Source: a virus
Taxonomy: Duplodnaviria > Heunggongvirae > Uroviricota > Caudoviricetes
Direction: 5' to 3' (one strand)
IMG/VR virus record: IMGVR_UViG_3300040801_001888
DNA: 64,000 bases
Part shown: in pieces, positions 9,915 to 19,118 of the stretch
Position numbering within the stretch: the stretch's first letter is position 1
Layout: each line of letters starts with the position of its first letter
The notes under the pieces: model-generated
What the model saw: only the letters and a program-made list of their open reading frames with translations
Told to the model about the DNA's origin: nothing
Database searches by the model: none
Program-made: the position numbers and the translations under genes

Positions 9915-10288
9915 TGAAATACAAACTCATTTGTGAGACCGGAACAGCGCGTGTCGTCCTGACTACCGCTAAAGGCGCCGAGGTTCTACAGGCCGGTTCC
10001 TCCGTTGAAAAGGAGGTCGATGACGAGAAGAAGGGCGGCACTTTGCAAGGCGCCTTCGGTATCGGCTCCATGCCCAACCAGGACGCGATGGTCGGCATCA
10101 CTCCACTGAGCGGCGACATGGTGGTCAGGGAGTACAAGGAAGTCAACCACTTCCTTTATCCGGAAGCCGAGGACTACGAGGACCACGTTGTCGAAGTAGG
10201 TGAGACCCTGGTGACACCGGCTATTCAGTCGAACGCCATCACGCTGGTTCCTTTGCGCCACAGCGACGAAGTCGTCGCGCGTCGTTAA
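9911..10288 (+). CDS. hypothetical protein
   Basis: 125-aa ORF, translationally coupled (ATGA overlap) to the upstream gene. Confidence 0.4.
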   Translation: MMKYKLICETGTARVVLTTAKGAEVLQAGSSVEKEVDDEKKGGTLQGAFGIGSMPNQDAMVGITPLSGDMVVREYKEVNHFLYPEAEDYEDHVVEVGETLVTPAIQSNAITLVPLRHSDEVVARR

Positions 10289-10378
10289 GTTCAATGCCTG
10301 GTCTGCGCCGTCCGACATTCTGTGGTGGTCTGGTCGTGCGTAGCGTAGACCGGGCGCCAAAATTCTAGTGGGGTTCTG

Positions 10379-11227
10379 GTGATGCCAATTTCAATCTGTT
10401 TTCGTGGTCAACGCGCGGACCTTTCCAGAATTCCGCTGTATCTGATCGTTCGCACGCCACCGGAGATGGACGACGTTGTCGTCAACCGACTGACCCGACA
10501 GGTGGTGACGCTTCCGAGTCTTCAAGACGCGATGCTCCTCGAGGGCTACGCTGTCCAGCAGGGCGAGATGGACGACATGGTTAACTACCCTCTCTGGGAG
10601 ATGCAGAACGAGGGTATCTGGTCCGATAACGGACCGCTGCGAGGACCGGATATCTTCAGCCGTCGCCCGTTCATCATGTCCGTTACGGTGACAGGTGGCG
10701 ACTTGAGTTTCCAGTGGCCGAATCGTCAAGGGTGGTTCTACGCCCTCATCACCTGGGGCGACGGCAGCGATTCTGAGTTCCATAAGGAAGCGATTCCAGC
10801 CCACACGTTCCCAGCCCCCGGAACGTACCAGGTCAGCATTACCGGCAATCTCCCCGGACCGAACTTCGATGGGGGCGGAGACCGCCTGAAGGTCGTTGAG
10901 ATCCACCAATGGGGCGAGTGCATTCGGGACTCGTGGAGCAATGGGTTGAGAGGCTGCTCCAACTTAATCGTCAGTGCCACCGATCCGCTGGCTCATGCAA
11001 CGGACATCTCTTCGATGTTCCAAGACTGCTCGTTGGCAAATCCGCAAGCAGGCAACTGGGACACGAGCACCGTCTTGGATATGGACTATGCGTTCATGAA
11101 CGCTACGGCATTTAACCAAGATCTGTCCGGCTGGTGTGTGTCGAACATCGCTGTAGAGCCGACTGATTTCGCCACCGGGTCCGCCCTGCAGGCGCAGAAC
11201 TTCCCCGTCTGGGGAACTTGCCCGTAA
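10379..11227 (+). CDS. DUF285 / BspA-type leucine-rich-repeat protein
   Basis: Repeated DUF285-like motif ...SSMFQDCSLANPQAGNWDTSTVLDMDYAFMNATAFNQDLSGWCVSNI...; an unusual moron-like gene inside the late block. Confidence 0.55.
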   Translation: MMPISICFRGQRADLSRIPLYLIVRTPPEMDDVVVNRLTRQVVTLPSLQDAMLLEGYAVQQGEMDDMVNYPLWEMQNEGIWSDNGPLRGPDIFSRRPFIMSVTVTGGDLSFQWPNRQGWFYALITWGDGSDSEFHKEAIPAHTFPAPGTYQVSITGNLPGPNFDGGGDRLKVVEIHQWGECIRDSWSNGLRGCSNLIVSATDPLAHATDISSMFQDCSLANPQAGNWDTSTVLDMDYAFMNATAFNQDLSGWCVSNIAVEPTDFATGSALQAQNFPVWGTCP

Positions 11228-11239
11228 CCGGAAACCGCC

Positions 11240-11764
11240 ATGCTAGAACTCGTGAGAGTCGACCTCGTCGTGCTACCGACCCAGATGCTGCCGGAGGTCA
11301 AGGCGCACTGCAGGGTGGAGTTCACCCGCGACGACGAGTACTTGACCAACGCAACAGCGCGGGCTATCGCGGAGGTCGAGACGCTGACCAACCTCAGCAT
11401 CAACCCGTCCACATGGAAGTGGGACACCACGGACGAGCGATGGGAGAACGCGCAGACCGGGCACGTCCCGAAGATGCCGGTGCGCAGCGTCTACCAGATC
11501 GATGCCGTCGGCGGCAAGCAGATCGTCAAGCTGGACTACTTCGGGTTCGAGGCGGCCTTGCCGTCCGACAACCGCCGGGGCGTCTTCTACATCGAAGCCG
11601 GCTATGAGAAGGCAGCGGACGTCACCCCCGCTGTCATCAATCCGATCCTGATGCGCGCCGCGACGCTCTACGAGTACCGCGAGTCGCTCCAGACGGGCAG
11701 CTACTCAGAACTGCCCGACATGTCCGAGCGGGTGCTCAGCGGTCTGTGGAGGCCTTCGGTTTGA
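11240..11764 (+). CDS. putative head-tail joining/connector protein
   Basis: 174 aa; first of three small genes just before the major tail gene, placed as in lambda-like modules; no motif-level support. Confidence 0.4.
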   Translation: MLELVRVDLVVLPTQMLPEVKAHCRVEFTRDDEYLTNATARAIAEVETLTNLSINPSTWKWDTTDERWENAQTGHVPKMPVRSVYQIDAVGGKQIVKLDYFGFEAALPSDNRRGVFYIEAGYEKAADVTPAVINPILMRAATLYEYRESLQTGSYSELPDMSERVLSGLWRPSV

Positions 11765-12096
11765 AAGCGGGACGGCTTCGCTATCGCGTTCTCATCGAAC
11801 GCCCGATCCGATCTGTCGATACCTACGGCGCGCCGACCAAGGTCTGGGAGACCGTCGCGGAAGTGCCCGCCGACATCAGCTACGTCAGCGGTCGGGAGTT
11901 CACGGCGGGCGAGCGTGACTTGGCGGAGGCGACCATGCGCGTCTACGTACGCATCGACCCGACGATCGCCCTGGACCCGTCCATGCGGCTGACCAACGTG
12001 GACAACCTAGCCGAGTTCGACATCGTCGCCGTACTGCCCGACCGCACCGACACGATGGCGACGCTGGTGTGTAAGAGTGGTTCGAGAAACTCATGA
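11746..12096 (+). CDS. putative head-tail joining / tail completion protein
   Basis: 116 aa; synteny only. Confidence 0.4.
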   Translation: MEAFGLKAGRLRYRVLIERPIRSVDTYGAPTKVWETVAEVPADISYVSGREFTAGERDLAEATMRVYVRIDPTIALDPSMRLTNVDNLAEFDIVAVLPDRTDTMATLVCKSGSRNS

Positions 12097-12479
12097 GCAC
12101 CGAAACCGAGATCATCGCCGCCATGAACGCCGCCGTTGCGCCAGCACCGGTCTACCGCCTGCACGCGCCACAGCTCGATGACGACCACCCCTCGCAGGTC
12201 CCGTTGGTCGTGTTCACGCGTGAGCTGTACGACGACCAGCAGTTCCAGGCGTTCTGCGTCACCGCTAGCGGGCAGACCCTGAATGCGTCCTACCTGATCG
12301 ACTGTCTTGCCTACGATTACGCGGAGGCGAGGCGTATGATGGCGGACATCATCGCAGGCTTCGAGCCGCTAAACATGATGCCGGAATCGGTGTTCGAAGA
12401 TTGGGAACCGACGACCAGGGTGTACCGGGTTAGCGGCTCCTTCACACTGTGGGAAACGGGCGCCCTTTCAGCCCCTTAA
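12093..12479 (+). CDS. putative tail terminator/completion protein
   Basis: 128 aa; 4-nt overlap with the upstream gene; synteny only. Confidence 0.4.
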   Translation: MSTETEIIAAMNAAVAPAPVYRLHAPQLDDDHPSQVPLVVFTRELYDDQQFQAFCVTASGQTLNASYLIDCLAYDYAEARRMMADIIAGFEPLNMMPESVFEDWEPTTRVYRVSGSFTLWETGALSAP

Positions 12480-12500
12480 GTCAGCCTGGAGATCAATCAA

Positions 12501-13136
12501 ATGGCAGCTTTTTCGACTCGTGGTCTCAAGACCTATCTACTCCACAAAGATGTCACCGTGGCGGCTGACCCCATCACGCTGACCGTCGGCAAGCCCGCGT
12601 CTATCGCCCCCGCCCCAGCGGAAGGCTCAATCGTCAAAGTCACCGGCACGGGGCTCGGCTCCATCGACAACCGGGTATTCAAGGTCGGCGCAACGGGGCA
12701 GCTACTCGGGTCCAACACGACCCACGAGACCGCGTCCCCGACGGCGGGCAGCGCTTACGAGTACAGCCCATCGACCGACTTTGCCGGGTTCTGCATCAAC
12801 AGCCTGGCCCGTGACGTGCCCGCTGGTGATACGATCTCGACCGCCACTTTCTGTAACCCTGACGCCCAGGTCGCGGGTGCTCCTGCAGGTGCGGGTACAC
12901 TGACCTGGGGTGGTCCGATCGACTTCTGCGATGCCGGCTTCCAGGAGATGCAGGATTGGCTGGACTACGGCGGCGAGGCGATCTTCTACGTCGAGTTCCC
13001 GAATGACGCCGGCAGCATGTCGATCCCCATCGAGATCAACAGCTACAGCGAGTCGTTCGAGCTGAACGCTGCCGGCACCTGGACCGGTGGTGCGGTTGTG
13101 AAAGCGAAGCCGAGCTACGCCCCGAACTGCCCGTAA
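12501..13136 (+). CDS. putative major tail (tube) protein
   Basis: 211 aa; located just upstream of the chaperone/tape-measure genes; RBS ctggagatcaatcaaATG. Confidence 0.45.
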   Translation: MAAFSTRGLKTYLLHKDVTVAADPITLTVGKPASIAPAPAEGSIVKVTGTGLGSIDNRVFKVGATGQLLGSNTTHETASPTAGSAYEYSPSTDFAGFCINSLARDVPAGDTISTATFCNPDAQVAGAPAGAGTLTWGGPIDFCDAGFQEMQDWLDYGGEAIFYVEFPNDAGSMSIPIEINSYSESFELNAAGTWTGGAVVKAKPSYAPNCP

Positions 13137-13210
13137 CCTACAGCGCAAGTTGCGCTCAACCATGAGCGAGCCGCCGGCGGACGCGCCGATCGGCTTTTTG
13201 GAGCATAAAA

Positions 13211-13543
13211 ATGTACAAAATCAAAAAGATAACCTTCGACCTTCCTGACCTCGGCAAAGTCGTCGAGCTGGTGGAGCTGAACGCCGATCAGTTTTTCGAC
13301 GCCAACGAGCAATCGGCGGCAGCGGGCGGCGGGCGGGCTTCACAGTTCGTGTGGCTGAGCTGGATGTTGTGGGTGGATGGGCAACAGTTCTCGGCGGAGG
13401 AGATCCGCTCGTGGGGCGCCAGCGTGACCGTGCCGATGCTGACGCGCATGACGGAGCTGTTCCCGAAGACCTTCCTCGAGGACGTCGAGGAGTTGGAGGA
13501 AGAAGCCGCCCTGACAGGCGAGGAGCCTGACCCAAACGTCTAA
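13211..13543 (+). CDS. tail assembly chaperone (G-like)
   Basis: 110-aa acidic protein ending ...EEEAALTGEEPDPNV; sits upstream of the tape-measure gene; strong RBS ggagcataaaaATG; slippery heptamer near its stop. Confidence 0.5.
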   Translation: MYKIKKITFDLPDLGKVVELVELNADQFFDANEQSAAAGGGRASQFVWLSWMLWVDGQQFSAEEIRSWGASVTVPMLTRMTELFPKTFLEDVEELEEEAALTGEEPDPNV

Positions 13544-13752
13544 ACCCCAGCGAGGAGTTCTTGCACTATCTCGGCTGGGAACTGAAGATGCTGGTCTGCG
13601 ATCTCGTGGAGATGCCGATCAGTGAGTACTACCGGTGGGCGGCTTTCATGAAAGAGAAGACCAGGCGCGAAAGTGGGGAAGCCGAAATCGGTGAAGGCGC
13701 CGGGCGGATCTCGCCAGAGGACTTCGCCCGCCGGTTCGGCGCGGACGTCTAG
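13534..13752 (+). CDS. -1 frameshift extension of the tail assembly chaperone (GT-like product)
   Basis: CCCAAAC (13,531-13,537) fits X_XXY_YYZ two codons before the stop; the -1 frame stays open for ~72 codons to the TAG at 13,750. Confidence 0.4.
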   Translation, partial: KRLNPSEEFLHYLGWELKMLVCDLVEMPISEYYRWAAFMKEKTRRESGEAEIGEGAGRISPEDFARRFGADV

Positions 13753-14576
13753 TGAATCGCAAGCCCCTATCGAATAAGGACTTCGCGACCGCGAAGGCAT
13801 TCCAGCGGGCGTTTTTCGACGGCGAGACCGCCTACAATTGGTTCCAGGACAGCGGGCGCGAGGTCGTCTACGAAGACGTGAAGTCCATTGAGGACGGACT
13901 CCCGGACACCATGAGTGGCGTCATCGGTAACAAGCGGGTCGACAACGCGCCACGACTCCAGGTAGCCAAACTGTTCCGCCTGAACATGCCCGTGGGCAAG
14001 ATCGCGTACATGGCGCGTCCTGGCGCTGCGGAGGACGTTAACGTCCGGGTGCAGGCCGAGGCGATCATGCGGTTCCTCAAGGTCGCGAGCCCCCCGTCGA
14101 GCGGAGAGCAGAAGCGGAACAACCCGTACCGCTACCGGGAGTGCTTCCGCTACGTCATCGGCGACCAGGCGTACATCACGCTGCCGTCGTCCGCCGATTT
14201 CACCGTGGTCGGTATCGCCAACGTGGCGCCGCACGCCTCCACGCTGGAGAACCCTGGCTGGGCGAGGCCATACAATAGGGCATGGCCCACGATCTCCAAG
14301 CAGGCCAAGGGGCGCTACGACGTCGCTTTCGGCTACCTTGGCAGCTCCAGCCTCAAGATGATCCGCAAGGGCGCCTATGACCACCTAGGTGTGGGGGTCT
14401 ACACCCCGTGGGGCGTATTCCTGCGTCGATCGGATGTCGGTCAGACTGGCCCCCGCCCCTACGCGGTGCCCATCATCTGGGTTGGACCACTGAATAGCAT
14501 GAGCCGCACGGGCAAACTCTACGCGAAGCACCGCACCAAGCGCCGGAAGAAGTTCGCCGGCGGCGGCAAAAGGTAA
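13752..14576 (+). CDS. hypothetical protein with a basic C-terminus (GTG start)
   Basis: 274 aa; lies between the chaperone and tape-measure genes; C-terminus KHRTKRRKKFAGGGKR. Confidence 0.4.
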   Translation: MNRKPLSNKDFATAKAFQRAFFDGETAYNWFQDSGREVVYEDVKSIEDGLPDTMSGVIGNKRVDNAPRLQVAKLFRLNMPVGKIAYMARPGAAEDVNVRVQAEAIMRFLKVASPPSSGEQKRNNPYRYRECFRYVIGDQAYITLPSSADFTVVGIANVAPHASTLENPGWARPYNRAWPTISKQAKGRYDVAFGYLGSSSLKMIRKGAYDHLGVGVYTPWGVFLRRSDVGQTGPRPYAVPIIWVGPLNSMSRTGKLYAKHRTKRRKKFAGGGKR

Positions 14577-14582
14577 CAGACC

Positions 14583-17500
14583 ATGGCAAAGACACAACGC
14601 GTCATTCGCTACATCGAAGTCAAGGCTGATACCAAAGACTTCATCGATCAGCTCAACAAGATCGACAAGTCGACGGCGGCAGCGGCGGCGGAGCTTACCA
14701 AGCTCAACAAGGCGACGGCGTCGGTGGAGAGGTCCGCAAAAGCGACGGCATCGTCCCTGGCCCGGTTTGAAGCGAGCGTCGCCAAAGCATCCCGGGCGAT
14801 CAAGGGCTTCGGCATCATCTTCCTTGTCACGCAACTCTACCGGGCAGCGGAAGCCGCCGTGCGCTTCGCGGTATCCATGGCGCAGGCGACCGAGCAACTG
14901 ACCCTGATGCAGACCAGGCTCTCCCGCTTGGGCACGGGGGCGGGTGCGTCGAACTTGTCGCGGACAGCGGACCTTGCCGACAAGCTCGGACTGTCGCTGG
15001 CGGACGCCGCCGACAACGTGGGTCTGCTCTCGCCTGCGTTCGAGCGTGTCGGTGGGACGTTCGGGCAGGTCGCCACTTTCGCTGAGAACCTAACGCAATC
15101 CCTGCGCGTCTTCGGCACGGACGCCCGGCGCGCGCAGATCGTGACGGTTCAGCTGGCGCAAGCACTCGGGTCCGGGAACCTGGCTGGTGATGAGCTGCGG
15201 TCTCTCAATGAGAACGCCGGCGGGCTCGGGCTCCAGCTCGAAAAAGCTGTGCAGGAGATCTTGAACACGACCGACGGCATCAAGGAACTCGGGTCAGCGG
15301 GCAAGCTGACATCTGAAGTCGTCATGAAGGCGTTCGACAAGGTCTTCAAGAACCTTGAGAAGAGCATAAACGCCCTGCCCCCGCTGTTGTCGCAGGCTGC
15401 CAAGCGATTCGAGAACGCGTGGACGAATGCGATTTCCGCGATCGATAAGAAGCTCGGTGCTACGGAGTTCCTGACCAGGTTCTTGGAGGGCGCGACCGCT
15501 ACTCTTGAGATCAACACGGTCGCTAACGCGCCCGACCTTGCCACCGTTGCGGCAGCGCCGTCATCGGTTCGTTCCGAGGCGTTCTCTCAAGCCCAGATTC
15601 AGTTGGACCAGTTGATCCCGAAAGTTCAGCAGTTGCAGGCGGAGCTGGACGTTGCCAGGGAGAAAGGCGGTAGATCGTCAAACCAGATTATCAAGAACAA
15701 TACGCGCGAACTTAAGGTTCTGGAAGAGCAGATCGCTTTGCTCCAGAAGACGCAGGCGCTCATTATCTCCGTCGAGTTCGACTACTCCCGATCGCAGATT
15801 CAAGACACGATAGCGAAAGCCCGCGCAGACGCCGAAGCGGCGATGAATAAGCCGTACGGCGCGGCAGCGGTATCTTTCTTTGATGAAAATAACTTTACCG
15901 GCTACGACGAGATCATCGATAGAATCGGCAAAGTCATAAAACTGACCAAGGAAGGTGAGAAGAACCTCAGGGATTTCCTGCCGTTCATCATTCAGTCTGC
16001 GAAAGAAGCAGGCGTCGCGGTAGAGACGATGATCTCGAAGTTCAGCTTCGAGTCGGGGAACTTCACCAATTTCGACGCTGGAAAGAAAAGCAGTGCTAAG
16101 GGTCCGGCGCAGATTATCGAGGGCACTGCGAAAGATCTCGCTGAGAAATACAAGCTCAGTTACGACCTTATCCGAAACGGCGCGGACGGCTGGGTCGAGA
16201 ACATAAAGGCAGGGACGCTTTACTTCGCCGAAAAAATGAAAGAGGCGAATGGGGATGTAAAAGAGGCCGTCGCCAGGTACTACCTCGGGTCAGGGAAAGT
16301 CGATAAGTACGGGATGGACTACACGACCGGGAATAACGGCGGGCTGACAGGGACCAAGTACGCGAACATGCAGTACGAGCGGTCGATCAAGCTCATGGAA
16401 GCCCTCGGCAAAGAGACCATGATGGTCGGGGCGATCCAGGAGGGCATCGACAAACAACGTGAGCAGGCTTTCCGCGATCGAGAGGCGGAGCAGGAACGCC
16501 TGCTCAAGCTGCGCGAGCGCGCCATGAGCGAGGAAGAGGTCTTCGCGGCGAAGATGAAGTCGCTGCAAGCGGACCTCGACTCCGGCGCCATCACCCCGGA
16601 CGTCTACGCCGCCAACCTGCTCAAGGACATGAAACCGGTGGTGGCTTTCTATGAGGATATCAACGAACAGCAGAAGAAGCTCGATGACGCGGTTCGGGAC
16701 TCCGCGCAGGCGTGGGCGGAATGGCTAGAGCAGTTCGAAGAAATCTCGCCAGAGGTAGAGAAGCTGCGCGAGGGGTATAGGATGCTGATCGCTGACCTTG
16801 ATGAAGAGGTGATTACCCCCGACGAGTTCGTACGGCGCGCCGAACAACTGAGGAAGGCAGTCGGCGAATCCCTGACCGAGGTGGACAAGCTGTCTCAGGC
16901 GATTGGCGGCGAGCTGACCTCGGCATTCGGCTCGTGGATCGATTCTGCCATCGACGGCACCTTCAACCTTCGCGATGCGCTGGTCGATTTGCTGAAGGAG
17001 ATCACCAAGGTGATGCTCCAGCTTGCCTTGATCAATACGCTCAAGGCCAACGGGCTCGGTGGCTTCTTCGGTGTCAGTGGAAATGCTGCGTCCGTGACGG
17101 CTACCGTGGACTCGCTGAACAAGCTCGCATCGCCGCGAGCGATCCGAGTCGATGTGCCGGAAGAGGTCTCCGTCCGGGCGGTGATGGAGCCCACGCCCTT
17201 CTCAGTGACGCCTGAGATCAACATGCCCACGGTCGACCCCGTGGTCTTCTCCGCCATCCCGGACGTTGCGCCGATGTCGGGGCTGCCGGACAGCGTTCAT
17301 GTGAAAGCCATCATGGAGCCGACTGAGATCACTCCGCCGCCCGTGACACCGACCTTCGAAGCTCCCAAGGACATCCACATCGCCACCATCCTCGACCCGG
17401 TGCGGGTCTCGCCGATGCCACAGGCGGTCCACATCAACGCCGTGCTCGACCCGGTACAGGTCGCCCCGTTGCCGGCGGCGATGATGCCCCGGATGGTAGC

Positions 17501-17876
17501 AGCGCCGGCGCCTGAAGCGTACAGCGGACCGTCTACCTTTGCGATGCCGAGCGCCGATGCGGTCCGCTCAGGCTATCTGCGCACGCCGACCACCGTGCCC
17601 ATGGCGACCATGGACACGACCGCGATGGCGGAGGCGTTCGCGAAGTCGGGGGCGACAACGTCCGCGCCGCCGGTCACGGTCAACATCACCGAGTCGAGCG
17701 ATAAACAGAAGCAAGGATCGGTCTCGCAACGACAAGGGCAAGGCGGAGAATCCATCATCGATATCGTGGTTGCGCAGGTGAAGTCTTCCATGAACTCAGA
17801 CATAGCCCGTGGCAGGGGCGTAGCCGCCGCGTTAGAGGCCCAGTACGGGCTCAGCCGCATACCCGGAGCTTTCTAA
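14583..17876 (+). CDS. tail tape measure protein with an internal lytic-transglycosylase (SLT-like) motif
   Basis: 1,097 aa; long Ala/Leu/Glu/Lys-rich coiled-coil composition; position after the chaperone; the SLT-like signature FESGNF...SAKGPAQIIEGTAKDL sits mid-protein. Confidence 0.8.
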   Translation: MAKTQRVIRYIEVKADTKDFIDQLNKIDKSTAAAAAELTKLNKATASVERSAKATASSLARFEASVAKASRAIKGFGIIFLVTQLYRAAEAAVRFAVSMAQATEQLTLMQTRLSRLGTGAGASNLSRTADLADKLGLSLADAADNVGLLSPAFERVGGTFGQVATFAENLTQSLRVFGTDARRAQIVTVQLAQALGSGNLAGDELRSLNENAGGLGLQLEKAVQEILNTTDGIKELGSAGKLTSEVVMKAFDKVFKNLEKSINALPPLLSQAAKRFENAWTNAISAIDKKLGATEFLTRFLEGATATLEINTVANAPDLATVAAAPSSVRSEAFSQAQIQLDQLIPKVQQLQAELDVAREKGGRSSNQIIKNNTRELKVLEEQIALLQKTQALIISVEFDYSRSQIQDTIAKARADAEAAMNKPYGAAAVSFFDENNFTGYDEIIDRIGKVIKLTKEGEKNLRDFLPFIIQSAKEAGVAVETMISKFSFESGNFTNFDAGKKSSAKGPAQIIEGTAKDLAEKYKLSYDLIRNGADGWVENIKAGTLYFAEKMKEANGDVKEAVARYYLGSGKVDKYGMDYTTGNNGGLTGTKYANMQYERSIKLMEALGKETMMVGAIQEGIDKQREQAFRDREAEQERLLKLRERAMSEEEVFAAKMKSLQADLDSGAITPDVYAANLLKDMKPVVAFYEDINEQQKKLDDAVRDSAQAWAEWLEQFEEISPEVEKLREGYRMLIADLDEEVITPDEFVRRAEQLRKAVGESLTEVDKLSQAIGGELTSAFGSWIDSAIDGTFNLRDALVDLLKEITKVMLQLALINTLKANGLGGFFGVSGNAASVTATVDSLNKLASPRAIRVDVPEEVSVRAVMEPTPFSVTPEINMPTVDPVVFSAIPDVAPMSGLPDSVHVKAIMEPTEITPPPVTPTFEAPKDIHIATILDPVRVSPMPQAVHINAVLDPVQVAPLPAAMMPRMVAAPAPEAYSGPSTFAMPSADAVRSGYLRTPTTVPMATMDTTAMAEAFAKSGATTSAPPVTVNITESSDKQKQGSVSQRQGQGGESIIDIVVAQVKSSMNSDIARGRGVAAALEAQYGLSRIPGAF

Positions 17877-18247
17877 TGGCAGTTCAATGGCCCGTAGAGT
17901 TTCCTGATGCAAGGGTCGAAGGCTGGGGACTGTCTCCCGCGCCTTTGGTCATTCGAAGCGAGATGGAGTCCGGCGCGGCGCGTGTGAGGCGCGTCTCTAC
18001 CCAGCGTAATGACACCGTAGCGGCTACGTTCACTTTCGGAACACGGCAAGCTTTCGCAGACTTCCGAGCTTGGTATAGCGCAACAGCGCGCGATGGTGCC
18101 GAGTGGATTATCATGACGATCTACACCGGTATGTCCGGGGACTGCGGCACGTCGCAGCAGGTGCGCTTCATCGATGGCTGGGAGGCATCGGCGAGCGCGT
18201 CCAATATCATCGAGTTGTCCGCTAACCTTGAGGTTCGAGACTTGTGA
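17876..18247 (+). CDS. minor tail protein (lambda M-like position)
   Basis: 123 aa immediately after the tape-measure gene (ATGA overlap). Confidence 0.45.
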   Translation: MAVQWPVEFPDARVEGWGLSPAPLVIRSEMESGAARVRRVSTQRNDTVAATFTFGTRQAFADFRAWYSATARDGAEWIIMTIYTGMSGDCGTSQQVRFIDGWEASASASNIIELSANLEVRDL

Positions 18248-18738
18248 CTGACACCACACTATCGCAAGCGATCAAAGAAGCCTATGCCAGTGCCCCGGTC
18301 GATGACATCATCTACCACACGCTCGAGTTCTATCACGCGACCTTCCCCACGCCGGTCTACGTCGTGCAGGGCTTCGACAGCATCACGACAGGCAACCCTG
18401 CGGTCACCTGGACCGCCATCCCGTTTAGTCTGACGTTGCCGGAGGTAACCCCCTCGGGACCGCCGCAACTCCAGCTCTCAGTCGACAACGTCTCGCGAGA
18501 CCTGATGGATGCGATCGACTCCGCCGCCGAGTCCGGGCAGCAGATCCGAGTGACCTACCGTGCCTTCCTGGCGTCGGATCTCAGTAGCGCGCAGAACGAC
18601 CCTCCGCTCACCCTCAACCTGCGGTCCATCAACGTGACGCCGACGGTCATCACGGCGACCGCTTCGCTCTACAACTTCACCAACCGCAAATGGCCGCGCG
18701 GGGTCTACCGGGACGAGCAGTTCCCTGGACTGATCTAA
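18244..18738 (+). CDS. minor tail protein (lambda L-like position)
   Basis: 164 aa; overlapping start/stop with neighbours; synteny only. Confidence 0.45.
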   Translation: MTDTTLSQAIKEAYASAPVDDIIYHTLEFYHATFPTPVYVVQGFDSITTGNPAVTWTAIPFSLTLPEVTPSGPPQLQLSVDNVSRDLMDAIDSAAESGQQIRVTYRAFLASDLSSAQNDPPLTLNLRSINVTPTVITATASLYNFTNRKWPRGVYRDEQFPGLI

Positions 18739-19118
18739 TGCACTGGGCGGTGAAGTACCTCGATCAGCAGTGGTCGCAACGGACCGACTGCTGGTGGTTC
18801 TTCCGCAAGGTGCAGATGGAGCAGTACGGCAGGATCATCCCGGAGATCGATGTTGATAGCCTGCACCTGCCGACCGTAATCCGCACGATCCGCGATCACG
18901 AGGAGCGCACCCGGTGGGCGGAGGTCCGCACTCCCATGGACGGTGACGGCGTCCTGCTCGGGCGTAGCGCCCGGCTCTCTCATGTCGGCATCTTCGTCGC
19001 GGTCGACGGCGGGAAAGTCCTGCACTGCGACCAGAAAGCTGGCACGCTACTTCAAGACCTACCAAGCCTCCGCCTCAACGGCTGGAACCACGTCCACTGG
19101 TACTCCCCATGCAACTGA
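18738..19118 (+). CDS. NlpC/P60-family tail protein (lambda K-like)
   Basis: Cys...His...His arrangement (DCWWFFRKV...SHVGIFV...VLHCD) typical of NlpC/P60 peptidases found in K-like tail assembly proteins; ATG at 18,738 overlaps the upstream TAA. Confidence 0.6.
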   Translation: MHWAVKYLDQQWSQRTDCWWFFRKVQMEQYGRIIPEIDVDSLHLPTVIRTIRDHEERTRWAEVRTPMDGDGVLLGRSARLSHVGIFVAVDGGKVLHCDQKAGTLLQDLPSLRLNGWNHVHWYSPCN

